A stretch of DNA of 38,224 nucleotides from positions 46,638 through 84,861 of the forward strand of contig NW_014040208.1 of assembly GCF_001186125.1 (NCBI RefSeq), written 5' to 3'. Position 1 is the first letter of the stretch. Each line of letters begins with the position of its first letter. The translations under genes and the position numbers were made by a program. The notes under the pieces were generated by a model. The model made no database searches. It saw only the letters and a program-made list of their open reading frames with translations, and was not told the origin of the DNA. Positions 1-10,952 of this stretch are shown in pieces. This DNA is from Sphaeroforma arctica JP610. Taxonomy: Eukaryota.

Positions 1-212
1 TGAACCACTACAGCGACTATGAGAGCCATACCATATGTTCATAGATTGTACCATACATACTTGCTATTTTTGAAATAAATAATATTATCCCTATTAAGAG
101 TACATTTAGGAAACTTAAGTTCCTCGTACTATTAAGAGTAAGTTTATAATTTGCGTACTGCTTAAGAGTACGTTTATGCATAGAGTCTAATGTGGAGGCC
201 TGGCTTATTACA
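1..212 (+). mobile_element. 3' end of an LTR (same family as the insertion at 5760-6263), truncated by the window start
   Basis: Bases ~98-212 match 6148-6263 almost perfectly (tacatttaggaaacttaagttcctcgtactattaagag...aatgtggaggcc[t/c]ggcttattaca). Homology stops exactly at ...TTATTACA (212). AATAAA at ~74. No TGG primer-binding site follows. Confidence 0.75.
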
Positions 213-689
213 CTCCAAGCCCGCTACTGCTCTTGTTTACAAATACAAAGATGATGTTGTTCGCAAATTATAGAATCAGGATCTTATTTTTAAATGTTGG
301 TCATCCGTCGCAAAGTATACTCTGAAAGACTTTGCATATCATGTCGATATCCATCAGATAGACGATTCGGAGCGATCTATCCACATCCCCTACATTCCTT
401 CAACACACTACTCGTTTCCTTTGACTCAGAGGACAAGCACAGAAACAGAAACGTGGATGGTAATACTCCTATTATCGACTACGATCTCAATGGATTCGAA
501 AACACATATGTCCAACTTATGACAGGTGGTTTCAAGCTCAGGAGTAAGGTAACCAGAAAGTACATCCCTGTATATTCAGATGACATTCTACCTTAGAATC
601 ACCTATGTGTGTCCAACAATATATCCCATGAGTTTTCAAAATTTACAATTCTGAATTGCATCCTCCCGATAAGTCTTTTATCACGCATA

Positions 690-1620
690 GTTGTATGGGG
701 CGGAGAAACTTCATCAGGAAAATTTTAGCGCAGGCCGCAATGTCATTCACATTGGAGAGGGTACAAGGGATGATTCGAATGTACGTGGGACAACTCGGAG
801 ATGAGAAAGCGTACCCTAATCGATGAGTATGAATTTGACAAATACGGTCGTTGTTTGGACCTGAAGGACAAGCGAGGTGATACCGCAAAAAAAAGAAGAT
901 AAGATTGAAGTTGAAACAAAGGCAAATGTTTGATACTCCTACTATTTGGATAAGCGCTAACCATGATTACTACTCGATATAAAGGACTTGTACGGAGAAC
1001 CACACTAAGGAGAAACTGTTACAACCTTTAGAGAGGCGCATGGTTGGTCATTATTTCGTCACATCTTTGGAACCAATCAAAGATTACTGGTCAAATCTTC
1101 AGGCAACAGTAAGTGCATTTATCACACACTACTTACAGTCATTGATATTCAGTACACCGGCGGAGATACAAGCTACACTTCCAGGTTGTAGCTACGAGAT
1201 TGCCAAGGTTAGGTTTCATAGTCTATTGGACAAAATAGACGTGGCAAATCATCTGCAGGAGATGACACGAGAGAGGAATGCATAAACACAAAGGGCGGAG
1301 ATGCGAACCGCAGTCAGCAACCTGAAACAGCAGGACACGAAGCTTATTCATAGCAAGCCAGTGAAACATGAAGATATCCCTTCACTCGACGCATTTCAGG
1401 ATCACGTGCCAATGGAGATCAAGTACATTTAGCCCGCAATACAACAACAGGGACTACAATGGTATGCACAAAACGGATGATTAACTACTGGGGTATCGAC
1501 TCCTTGTGTCTTTCTAATAGAAACCACGTCCATACAGGAGGTATATGACAACCGACTGTGAAAATTGCACGTAGCACAGAAGAACACAAGAAGTTAATGT
1601 GTAGTGTAAAAGACAATTTC
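690..1620 (+). pseudogene. Possible decayed retrotransposon gag-like relic
   Basis: Broken ORF pieces (1040-1285 and neighbours). A 'DHVPMEIK' segment (~1400-1423) resembles the Gypsy gag PMEID motif. A frameshifted zinc-knuckle-like C-E-N-C...E-H-K-K-L-M-C lies at 1557-1602. Motif-only evidence, weak. Confidence 0.3.
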
Positions 1621-2589
1621 ATAAAAGAAGAAGATCGAAATAGGAGACTGGCATAATTTTGATATTAGTTTTTATAAGATAAAATAATGAATGGTGCGCA
1701 TGAGGTAGCTGTAACTACCTAAATATTCTATCTGTGTGTTGTTATACATGTACGGATTTAAAAAAGCTATAAAAAAAGTTGTTTCATAATAGAGGAGTCG
1801 TCACCGGTTACTAAATCAAAAAATAAACAAGTGACACTTGGGCGGCCATGCAAGCTTGGAGTCGGGAAATCTGTAAGAGGGGGGACGTGTAGTAAAATCT
1901 CGATCGAGGCCATCCATATGAACTGTGATACATACTTGGGAAGTTCTAAGTGAAATATCATCATTTTAATATTCTGATCGGAAAACCTGGTGCATAATTT
2001 GCTCACGATATCGGATAAGTTATATCACCGTAAATTTATATTGAAGTGCACATCATTTTTTAAAGGTGACGCACGAGTGTTTACAAACTTTTGATTTCCA
2101 GACTATGATAAACGAGCAGAAGAGCGATAATGATAGTGATAGGGACGCTGATGTTGATAATGATGAGAAATTCTTTAATTCGGATTCGTCCGGTAACTTT
2201 GAATCTAGTAGTGACTCTGAATCATTGATGACGATTAATTTTAAAACTTCCACTAAAAAACAAATGGTATTGGTGTGTCCGTAAATAAACAAACCCAAAA
2301 ACATTATTGAGGGGGGTGCACTAATTGGAAATTACAAATTTAAGGAAATTGAAATTTCAAGAATTCAAACCATGATTTGACAGCTTTATCTTACCATATT
2401 TTTCGGTCTAAATGACAGTGAGCACGACACCACTCAAGATCAGGATTTAACGTACACATCTACCAGTCCTTACACAATGCTTACGAGGTGGTAAACCCTA
2501 ACAGATTTGTATTCTGTAACTTCTAGTGGCCGCTTCAATTCCCACACTCCATATAATCCCTACAGAGGTATGCTATACATGTACAATAT

Positions 2590-4840
2590 ACCGAATAATG
2601 AATCATGGATGTAGATACGCATACCAGCAGTAGTGCAGAATCCTTACGATTGACCACCCAAGATTGTAATGAAATATTGGATGGATTTGAAGAAAATATC
2701 AGACAACATCCTGATGTACAGCAGAAATTGTATATAGAAGAATGCAATAGAAAACGCGGTATTAGCATTACCGAAAGGATATGAAGGTGAAAGCTGGTCC
2801 ACACCCTTAGCTACCTGTGAATGTACAAGATAGAATCACTCAGGCAATCGAAGCTCAGAATAATTTTGGTCGACCCCTCACTGACGATGCGTTGATGAAT
2901 ATAATTCGCTTAGTATATTGGGAACTCAAAAGGTATGATAAATGAGGAAGGCAATTTTTGTGAGGAACCAACAGCAACCGAAGCTGCAATTTCAACACGC
3001 AGGACTATAATATACTACGCTGAGTAACATGGTTGGCTGATTGAGAAGGCTGAAATAATGCCTGCGCATTGAGAGTCCGGTGCTGATGAAGAGCCACTCA
3101 AGCTCTATTTTGATATATTTCAACGCCAAATCGATAAGCCCAAAATAAGCAATGTCGATCAGATTTTGCAATTCGATGAATGTAGGTTTGGGGCTGAGCT
3201 CAAAAGAGCTTCTCGAATTATTAGAGTGGTGAACACACCAGGAAGTAAGCGGGCGCAAACAACAGGGAAGGGTGATATGAGCTGGGCAGGAGTGACGCTT
3301 TTTTCCTATTACGTAGGGTACAGAATTGTCGGCGCACATCATTCTCATCAATGAGCCCTCTACAGTAAACGACATGAAGAGAAAGAGGGAGAATATTATC
3401 AACGGTATACCCTCAGCGTAGCAGAGAAATCATATGTTATATGGACCAAGGGCGGCTATCAAACATTGGAGAGTTTAAAATACATATTGAAAGAGGTTTC
3501 ACTGTATTCACGACTTTTGTGTGCGGAGGTGGGCAAAGAGAAAAGCGAGTATACCGATCGATGATAATAGTCTACAGATATTATATATTGTGCATGGATG
3601 GAGCATCAATGCACGAAATGAGTGAAAACAGATCGATTCGCATGTGAAGTCGAGAACGGTCTATGGTTTGGCTGGTTCAGCTGATGCACGCAACAAATCT
3701 CACACAGATGTTTGATAGAATGGCTTTTCGCAAACTGAAGGGTGTAGGGACGCACATTCTGAAGAAAACGATTGAGCTGGATCTGGAAAGCTATTCCAGG
3801 AATGATGTCTTACGTGAATCCTACAAACAAACAACTAAGCAATTTGAACCTTAAAGCGGGTTAACGTCAGATATGTGGAAATATGACACGTTCATGAAGA
3901 CATTCGACGCGACAGTGAAAACACATCGAAAAGCGTACTCCGTAGAAAGAGTAATGCGAATTTTAGGTCTCACAATGCTCCGACAATTTCGTCCTGAAGT
4001 ATCTAAGCAATCCTGGGCTCAAGTCGGAGCTTACATCGATCCATCCCTTGCTTCAGGAGTACGACTAGACCCCCATAAAGTCCTCAAACAACCATTTCTT
4101 AGAGGAAATACAGCGATTACTATGGATAGAGCAGAAAGAGCCAAACAACAATTACTAACAGTACAAAATACTGTTGCCAACGTTGTTCCAAATTCCGTTG
4201 TTGCTTGGTGTCTGACTGAGGGGGAAAATTGTATACAACACGACTTCTCCTCTGAGACACAGAAACAACTGGAGATAAAATTTGATATGATATCAAGTAT
4301 GGTAAGACCTCCATGGGAATAGCTGCCTTAACCGCTAGTGTTATCGAAGGGTGAGCGCGTTTCAAAGCCCACCAAGAGAAGAAATATAAATACATTCATC
4401 GCAATATATTTGACATCAATGTATTACATGAGGAAGAAGCAGCATATGAAAAGCGTGTCGCTGAGGAATCAGAGGTCACCAGAAAGAAAATGGATCGTAA
4501 AATCGGATCATGTATGAGGATGGTGAGAGAATAATTTTTTTTTTGAAAATTGTTACCAAACTTTTTAACTACTCGTCAAGTTATGATACATAATTATAAA
4601 AGACCTCAGATGGCGAGATTGTTGGAGGGTCTCAAAAAGAATAGTGAGAAATTATTCGATAAGCAGACCAGTACCCAAAAAATCATCGATCGTATGAGTA
4701 AGGGTCCAAAGAATTAAGCAGAGCGTCAGCGAAGTTGAGTCTATTTATATAGATGGGAAATTATCTAAATTTCAAGCGATGATTGATCAACTTCAACAGA
4801 AAATTGAAAACGTAGAGGTATGTTCATCATCCGATAGCTG
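2590..4840 (+). pseudogene. Decayed pogo/Fot1-like (DDE_1 family) DNA transposase
   Basis: The three catalytic motifs appear in order across stops and frameshifts: ILQFDECRF (D at 3175; cf. IYNxDETGF), ILCMDGASMH (D at 3597; cf. LLILDGHSSH) and HATNLTQMFDRMAFRKLK (D at 3714; cf. HTSHxLQPLDxxxFxPLK). These are followed in frame by VSKQSWAQVGAY (cf. IxxxFxxTGI) and a charged coiled-coil tail. TIRs not identified; boundaries approximate. Confidence 0.75.
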
Positions 4841-5328
4841 AGCTGAAGAATGTACATCACTATATAAAGCGTATGCCCCCCAGAGCGCTATCTATGCAAA
4901 TATATAAATATATATATAGCCACACACATACATTATTTACATAATGACTATATAAAGGATGCCTGGCGTATACTGCGTAAAGTTCTAAGTCTATCGCTCC
5001 TATGTATATTTCAGTTTCTCCAGCCATATGGTTCTTTTTTCGTTGCGTGAATTCCTCTTCCTAGCGCAAACGGAATTCCAAATTTCAATTTCCATAATTT
5101 TATGGCCAGGTCATGCCGATGGAGGGACTGGATATTGATGCCTGGCATCATCAGGTATAAATATCGTATCATAGGGCATAGATTTATGCCCAGCCATAAA
5201 TCAAAACTGACGACATATACTTACAAGAGAAGGAAGCGTCAGGATAGATATAGACAGGATGATACACTGGCCCTTTCAGTGTTACCGCACCAACAGTGCC
5301 AACGTTTGTATATTACCAGTTTGATATT

Positions 5329-6830
5329 ATGAGTGAGACAACCGATCCTGGGATCGACTCTTCCACTGGACCGGCTATCAACACTGAAGAACTGGGACCC
5401 ACAGCGGAGGAATTGACTGCCAAACAGAGGAATCTAGACGATGTATACGAAAGAGAAACAGAGTCCAGCGAAGACGAAGATCGCGAATGCAAACGTCGGA
5501 AGACTGTTGATGCCAACACCTTGGCCATCATGGACTATTCTACTAACAGATTCGAAGAAGCCGAGAAACTACGCGACATTCAACGCGCCGAGAAAACGGC
5601 TGCCAGCGAGCAAAGACTAAAACTGCTATAAGAACAACTGAAGGTTTTAGCCAACAAATCCGATGTCAGTGAGCGAACCCAATCCGAAGCAGAAGCAACT
5701 ATTAAATCCCTCATCACTAACCTACCGGACACCATGAAGGAACGCTACAGATGTGTTAATGTAAGATTCGGTCCCTCAAGGCGATATTAACGCCTTAGAA
5801 TAAATAAACGTGTAGGTAATTTCTAAGTATCGTGAAAATATCAAAGTAAATAAACGAAATAAGACATTTAGTAAAGTTAGGTATGCCTCGTGAAAACAGC
5901 AATACTCTGAGGGATTGTGAGGCTGAGACATTGCCTATATATAATCCTCTCAGTACTGTTTCCGCCGAAGGGATTTTATTTAGTGTTTCGTTGTCGCTCT
6001 ATTAGAAACTATGGTATGTTTCATTGGGGCGAATCCGAGAGACTCATAAAATCCTATGTTTAGAAAAATAAATAAATAAATAAAAATACTCTTGATGTCC
6101 TTAGTTATTGTCTTAACCAATAACATGNNNNNNNNNNNNNNNNNNNNGAATACATTTAGGAAACTTAAGTTCCTCGTACTATTAAGAGTACGTTTATAAT
6201 TTACGTACTGCTTAAGAGTACGTTTATATCATAGAGTCTAATGTGGAGGCCCGGCTTATTACATTAAGCCAGTGAATTCTGCAGATATGAAACGTGCTGC
6301 CCGTCCAGCACACGCACGGGAACGACACACAGATCTCACACTGGAATCAGGCATAGCTAGAGTGAAGGCACCAAAAGAATCTTTCAGCAGTGCCGCTGAA
6401 GTTCTCAAAATCTGAGCCAATGTATTCGGATCTATGCTTCTACTCAACGCAACATCGAAGGTTGACCCAACATTTGTTCTAGATGCTCCGGCCTACCCGG
6501 CACAACTCTGCCAATACCTCCTTGAGATAAATCCGGAGGCAGTCGCAATTTTAAACAGAGAACATCGATGCAACATGGACGAATATACCAATAAAACCAG
6601 ACTTGCGAAGATCGACAATGCCCTGCTATCCGGATTTTTACACTGCGCTACGCTTACTGTTCTATCTGCAATGTATCAAAACCTATTGCACATGTCTCTC
6701 GAAGAAGGTTAAAGATACAAATTAGGTGCCACCGTCGATCACAAGGGCAGATGCCACAGGTTCAACCGTGGCCAGTGCAAAGTCGAGAACTGCCAGTACG
6801 TTCACGAGTGGAACAAACCAACATGAAAAC
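5329..6830 (+). pseudogene. gag-like ORF of the YR retrotransposon, interrupted by an LTR insertion
   Basis: The frame from ATG 5329 (MSETTDPG...) reads ...KERYRCV|KPVNSADMKR... once 5760-6263 and one TTAA are removed. It continues in frame through 6434-6712 to CHRFNRGQCKVENCQYVHE (6752-6808), a CCCH zinc finger typical of Ngaro/DIRS gag. In-frame stops at 5629, ~6413 and 6710. Confidence 0.75.
5760..6263 (+). mobile_element. LTR insertion (solo LTR, or collapsed LTR element) with 4-bp TTAA target-site duplication
   Basis: Starts TGTAAGA (5760) and ends TATTACA (6263). TTAA on both sides (5756-5759, 6264-6267). Removing it restores the host gag frame. Internal TATA-like tract at ~5936 and AATAAA at ~6067. 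Contains N-gap 6128-6147. A second copy of the 3' end is at 1-212. Confidence 0.85.
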
Positions 6831-6949
6831 CTCGAGCCACTTATTCGGGACCAAAACATGAAGCCGCCAAGCACGAGTGACATGTCGATCGTAGTATCTC
6901 CAGTTTGGTACAGCAGCCGAGCAATGATATTAACGAGCCATATCCAATC

Positions 6950-8230
6950 ATAGACCCCTCCAATAGTCCCAAACCCTGACCAATTCAGGCAAGCGCTTGT
7001 AGGATATGATATGATAAAAACTCTATGCTCGATAATTTGCGTAATGGTGCAAAAATTGGATTTAGAGGGTATCGCTCAACACAATTATTTTAGGGGTTTG
7101 AACATGGAAGGCTTGACTGCAACCGTTGAGAAAGCTAGGTACAGTATTCAGACAATTCCCTAAGGCCAGCCTCAGAGAACCCCCATACTACCGCGTATCA
7201 CCACTGTCTCAAACTACAAAAGTATCCGGCCACGGCAACAAGAAATGTCGACGAGTACATGATCTGAGCTATCCAAGGAATGATTCTCATCAGGGTATAA
7301 ATGCCGATATCGAATATCGCCGTATATCTTATCGAGGACTCGACTGGATACTGCATAAAGTGAAGCATAGCCCGCCCGGGAGTTTACTCAGCGTCATAGA
7401 CATCACATAAGCTTTTCGGCTGGTGCCAGTTCACAGAGAGGATATCCCTCTGCTAGGATTCGAGTGAATGATGATATTTGGTGCGAAGTATGTTTACCAT
7501 TTGGCCTCGTGAGTTCTTCCGAAATATACGAACGATTAGCCGCAGGTTTAGATTGGACACTCGAAGAAGCGCTATTGGCCTTCACCAGATGGGTCGACGA
7601 CTACATATTCGTTCACGGCCCAGGTGAATATTCGAAGCATATCTAAGTAATCCGAGAACGATTCGCGGCTATGGGCATCAAGATTACGGAGGCGAAATTT
7701 AAGAGGGGCTCACTCTAGTTGAGTGGATTGGCATCTTGAGCGATATGAAGACTCGAACAATAGGCCATTCGCAGGCAAAGATGCACAAATATTATACGAA
7801 CGATTTGCCGCAGGTTTAAATTGGAACTTGAAGAAGCGCACTTGGCCTTCGCCAAATGGGACCACGACTACATATTCGTTCACGGCCCAGGTGAATATTC
7901 GAAGCATATCCAAGTAATCCGTGAACGATTCGCGGCTATGGGCATCAAGATTGTGGAGGCAAAATTCAAGGGGGGGGCTCACTCTAGTTGAGTGGATTGA
8001 CATCTTGATCGATATGAAGACTCGAACAATATACATTTCGCAGGCAAAGATGTACATATACCTCCAGTTATTACATACGTGGAAGTCATGCGCAAAGGCC
8101 ACAGTCAGAGATATTGCAGAGCTTGCGGGAAAATTGATCTGGTTGACGGCCATATTTCACCAGGCACGCCCATACATACAAAGGTTTTACTGGTTGCTGC
8201 CATACTCTAAAAAAAAAAAAGGTGGCCCAA
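6950..8230 (+). pseudogene. Reverse transcriptase of the YR retrotransposon (pseudogenised)
   Basis: LRNGAKIGFRG; YRVSPLSQTTK; RRVHDLSYP; VIDIT*AFRLVPVHRED; CLPFGLVSSSEIYE; TRWVDDYIF (7590-7601); VEWIxILID; IAELAGKLIWLTAIFHQARPYIQRF. Confidence 0.85.
7525..8060 (+). repeat. 268-bp diverged tandem duplication inside the RT
   Basis: 7525-7792 and 7793-~8060 align along their length (tatacgaacgatt[a/t]gccgcaggttta...cgcaggcaaagatg[c/t]aca[a/t]ata). Confidence 0.95.
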
Positions 8231-8339
8231 GGATCACTACAGAAGAATTCCACAAGAAATCAGAAACGATGTCTCGTCATTACATACTATACTCACTAGT
8301 TGGAAGGGCACTTGCGTGATTGAACATCTAGTCTTGACC

Positions 8340-8580
8340 AATATTACCATCGCCTCCGATGCCAGCACCACCATAGGGGGTGGTGGATATATATCTACAA
8401 TGATGGTTATTTATACCATCGCACTGCGCGGCTATCTTTTCGAAGGTCACTCCTTTACAGTGCTATGTGATAACAGTTCTGCAGTAGCAGACGTACGCTC
8501 GCTCACCTCCAACATCATTACTCACAATACATCCCAGGACCAGCAAATATTATAGCAGATGCTATTTCCAGACGCAATAT
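8340..8580 (+). pseudogene. DIRS-type RNase H remnant (internally deleted)
   Basis: ITIASDASTTIGGGGY; FEGHSFTVLCDNSSAVA; frameshifted QYIPGPANIIADAISR. The catalytic Glu segment is missing. Confidence 0.8.
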
Positions 8581-9186
8581 GGTCACTGCTCGCAAAGCAC
8601 AACCCAATCTGCCTCCTAACACCACTCCATTTGGGGGTCTTATAGCCACCTACGAGGCCAACCTTCGATTAAAATCTAAAGTAAACATTCCTCATCGACT
8701 CTGGCTGCTCTTTATTGCAATTGTTTTTTTTGCAATCACATATGACATATGTATGGATTGTAAAAATTCACAGCCACAACCACATACGTGAGGGTCTCTG
8801 GAGGTATCTATGAACGTATTTTGCATATAATTATTTACACGCACATGGGGCAGGGGGACCCACATATTGGCATGTTGATAGTTGGGGAGAGTCACACATA
8901 CGTACATCGGAAGAGCATTCAACTTCTCAAAATTAATTAAATCCTATAAGCCCAATTTGCTCCACACATACTTACGAACCGCATCCACTCACACAGACTT
9001 ACAACATTCATCGCAACTGCCGTTCGGATCAGATCGTACGAACACGAAAGCGGCTCTGGTTGCTCGCACACGCGACACACTGCTACGCACACCGCCTAGC
9101 CACAATGTCATCAACCAACAGCGTGCAACGGCAATACTTGGATTTCCAAGTCGCCCAGAAAATAGCAACACCTGAAGAAGACATAC

Positions 9187-9960
9187 TTGCAGGCCGCCTA
9201 CCTTAGCATACCTCGTCATGTACGAATGCTCTTTGCCGGTTGGTTAGATGCGCGCGGTCTAGAACCTGACTCTATCAAGGTTTATCTTGCACGGAATGCA
9301 GAACATCCATTCCCAAAGCGCTGGGACGTAGTACTGCTGCTGCAGAAGGCAATTCGCCGTCGCAGAGTGGCCTAAGGTAGAGTCTCACCCAAGCACCCAC
9401 GACGACCACTTTCACCCCCGCTATGATCAGGCCGAACATTCAGTCCTACATTTGACAGAACCGAGACAACATGGAACTAATACGACTGTATGTGACTATA
9501 TTGGTAGGTGTTTTTGGTGTTCAGCGCTTCGGTGAGCTAACCGTACATACGGACCTCGAACACTATTCGCCTTCTATGCATGTGCACCGCGGTAAGGGCG
9601 TACGTCTGATGACAACCTATGCAGAAATCGCACTCCCCATCTCCAAAACCAGCCTAGATCGTACAAGCATAATTACAATCCCTAAACTTCCCACAGAACT
9701 GTCCGCTATATGTTCCTATCGCGCACTTGTCAACTGGTCGTGTCGCACCAACGGTGAACCGGACACTGCACAGCTATTTTTGCTAAACGGTGAAGCCTAT
9801 TCTAAATCGACGTTTACTAAGAATTTTAACAAGACACTAGCGCGTCGCCATTTATCAGTAAAGCACCTACCGCACTCATGGAAGCTGGCATCCCCGAAGA
9901 CGAAGCTATGAACATCGGGCGATGGACATCAGCTGTCCACTTGGAATCTACTGGCAACGT
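9187..9960 (+). pseudogene. Tyrosine recombinase of the YR retrotransposon (pseudogenised)
   Basis: N-terminal LFAGWLDARGLEPDSIKVYL. Catalytic-domain motifs GVFGVQRFGELT, IALPISKTS, ICSYRAL, LFLLNGEAYSKSTF, HS.., then in shifted frames LMEAGIPEDEAMNIGRWTSA and IYWQR. Confidence 0.85.
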
Positions 9961-10541
9961 GCAAGCCTCGACCATTGTCGACAGGCTGCAGTACTAAGTA
10001 TAGCACTTACAGAGATATAATGAACCTTCTCTCGGGATAGTATGTTGGAAATATTTTGGGTTGTCAAATGGGTTGCGAACGTACTAAAGCCATCCACAGA
10101 GAAAACTATGATATTACCTTTCAACTTGAAGTGCCAAGCCCGTATCATTCTTATCAGTGATAAATTGTATCTATAGAGTAGTCTTGAAATGAAACACTAA
10201 GTATATCAGAATTTGTTCCATATGCATGAGCTTTGTGGGGGTTATTGGTACTCCTTATAATGTACACTGTGCTGCTGAAGAAACCTGAGCCATGCGTTCA
10301 CTGCGTCAGGACTATCCGACAAATATTTCAACCAATCTCAAATAGTCATCACAACTTGTTGACTGATCCAAATAGAACTTAACATCATTAATAGCACCTA
10401 CAGGGATACAGTGAACATTATTTCTGAGTTATATGTCAGATAGCTTTGTATTTATCATGGTTTGTGAGAGACTACAGATCTCAGACCAGATTTACAGCAA
10501 GAAAGCCTCATTGATGTATAGAAGTCATGAGAGCTAGCTCA

Positions 10542-10643
10542 CTCCCGAGAGCTAATCAAGTTGCTTTTGTTACTCCCGAGAGTTGAGTTAATACTTAACC
10601 GACTTCCGAGAGCAGATTAAGTTTTTCGACTAGCTCCCGAGAG
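10542..10643 (+). repeat. Array of four CTCCCGAGAG motifs at 30-31 bp spacing
   Basis: Copies at 10542, 10573, 10603 (CTTCCGAGAG) and 10634, separated by ~20-nt variable spacers. Confidence 0.85.
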
Positions 10644-10952
10644 TGGATTAAGTCTGCCAACCGCAACATTCTAAAAATAGCTGCGGTTCTATGTGAATCA
10701 CAACCTATGCGGAAAGGCATCATGTGATCAGCGTGAGATTTAGTTGCAGAGGAGTCGAAATAGAATAGCATCGAAGTGTTTAAGTGTTCTGCAGATGGTT
10801 TCTCATACTGACCATATGAGTTTGTACCCTGGCCAGCCCAAGTGGCTGAACACTAGCACAAACACCTTAGGTGTAAAACCAAAGGTGAGTCAGAAATAAA
10901 TACTTACATTTGCACTTTATTTAAAGTCTACTACATAGTACTCTAACAGTAA

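Larger units (their letters stand above)
5329..9970 (+). mobile_element. Decayed tyrosine-recombinase retrotransposon (DIRS order, Ngaro/PAT-like: gag-RT-RNaseH-YR)
   Basis: Ordered motifs: gag with a CCCH finger; RT (SPLSQTTK...RRVHDLSYP...INADI, IDIT*AFRLVPV, CLPFGLVSS, WVDD); RNase H (ASDAS, LCDNSSAV, YIPGPANIIADAISR); YR (QRFGEL, ISKTS, GRWTS). Multiple stops, frameshifts and deletions. Terminal repeats not found. Confidence 0.9.

Noticed and set aside
5756..6267. piggyBac element (TTAA duplication)
   Set aside because: The ends are TGTAA/TTACA rather than CCY..RGG, there are no longer TIRs, and the other copy is not followed by TTAA.
10542..10643. CRISPR-like repeat-spacer appearance
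   Set aside because: The repeats are only 10 bp, the spacers are ~20 bp and partly similar to each other, no cas genes are present, and the context is eukaryotic.
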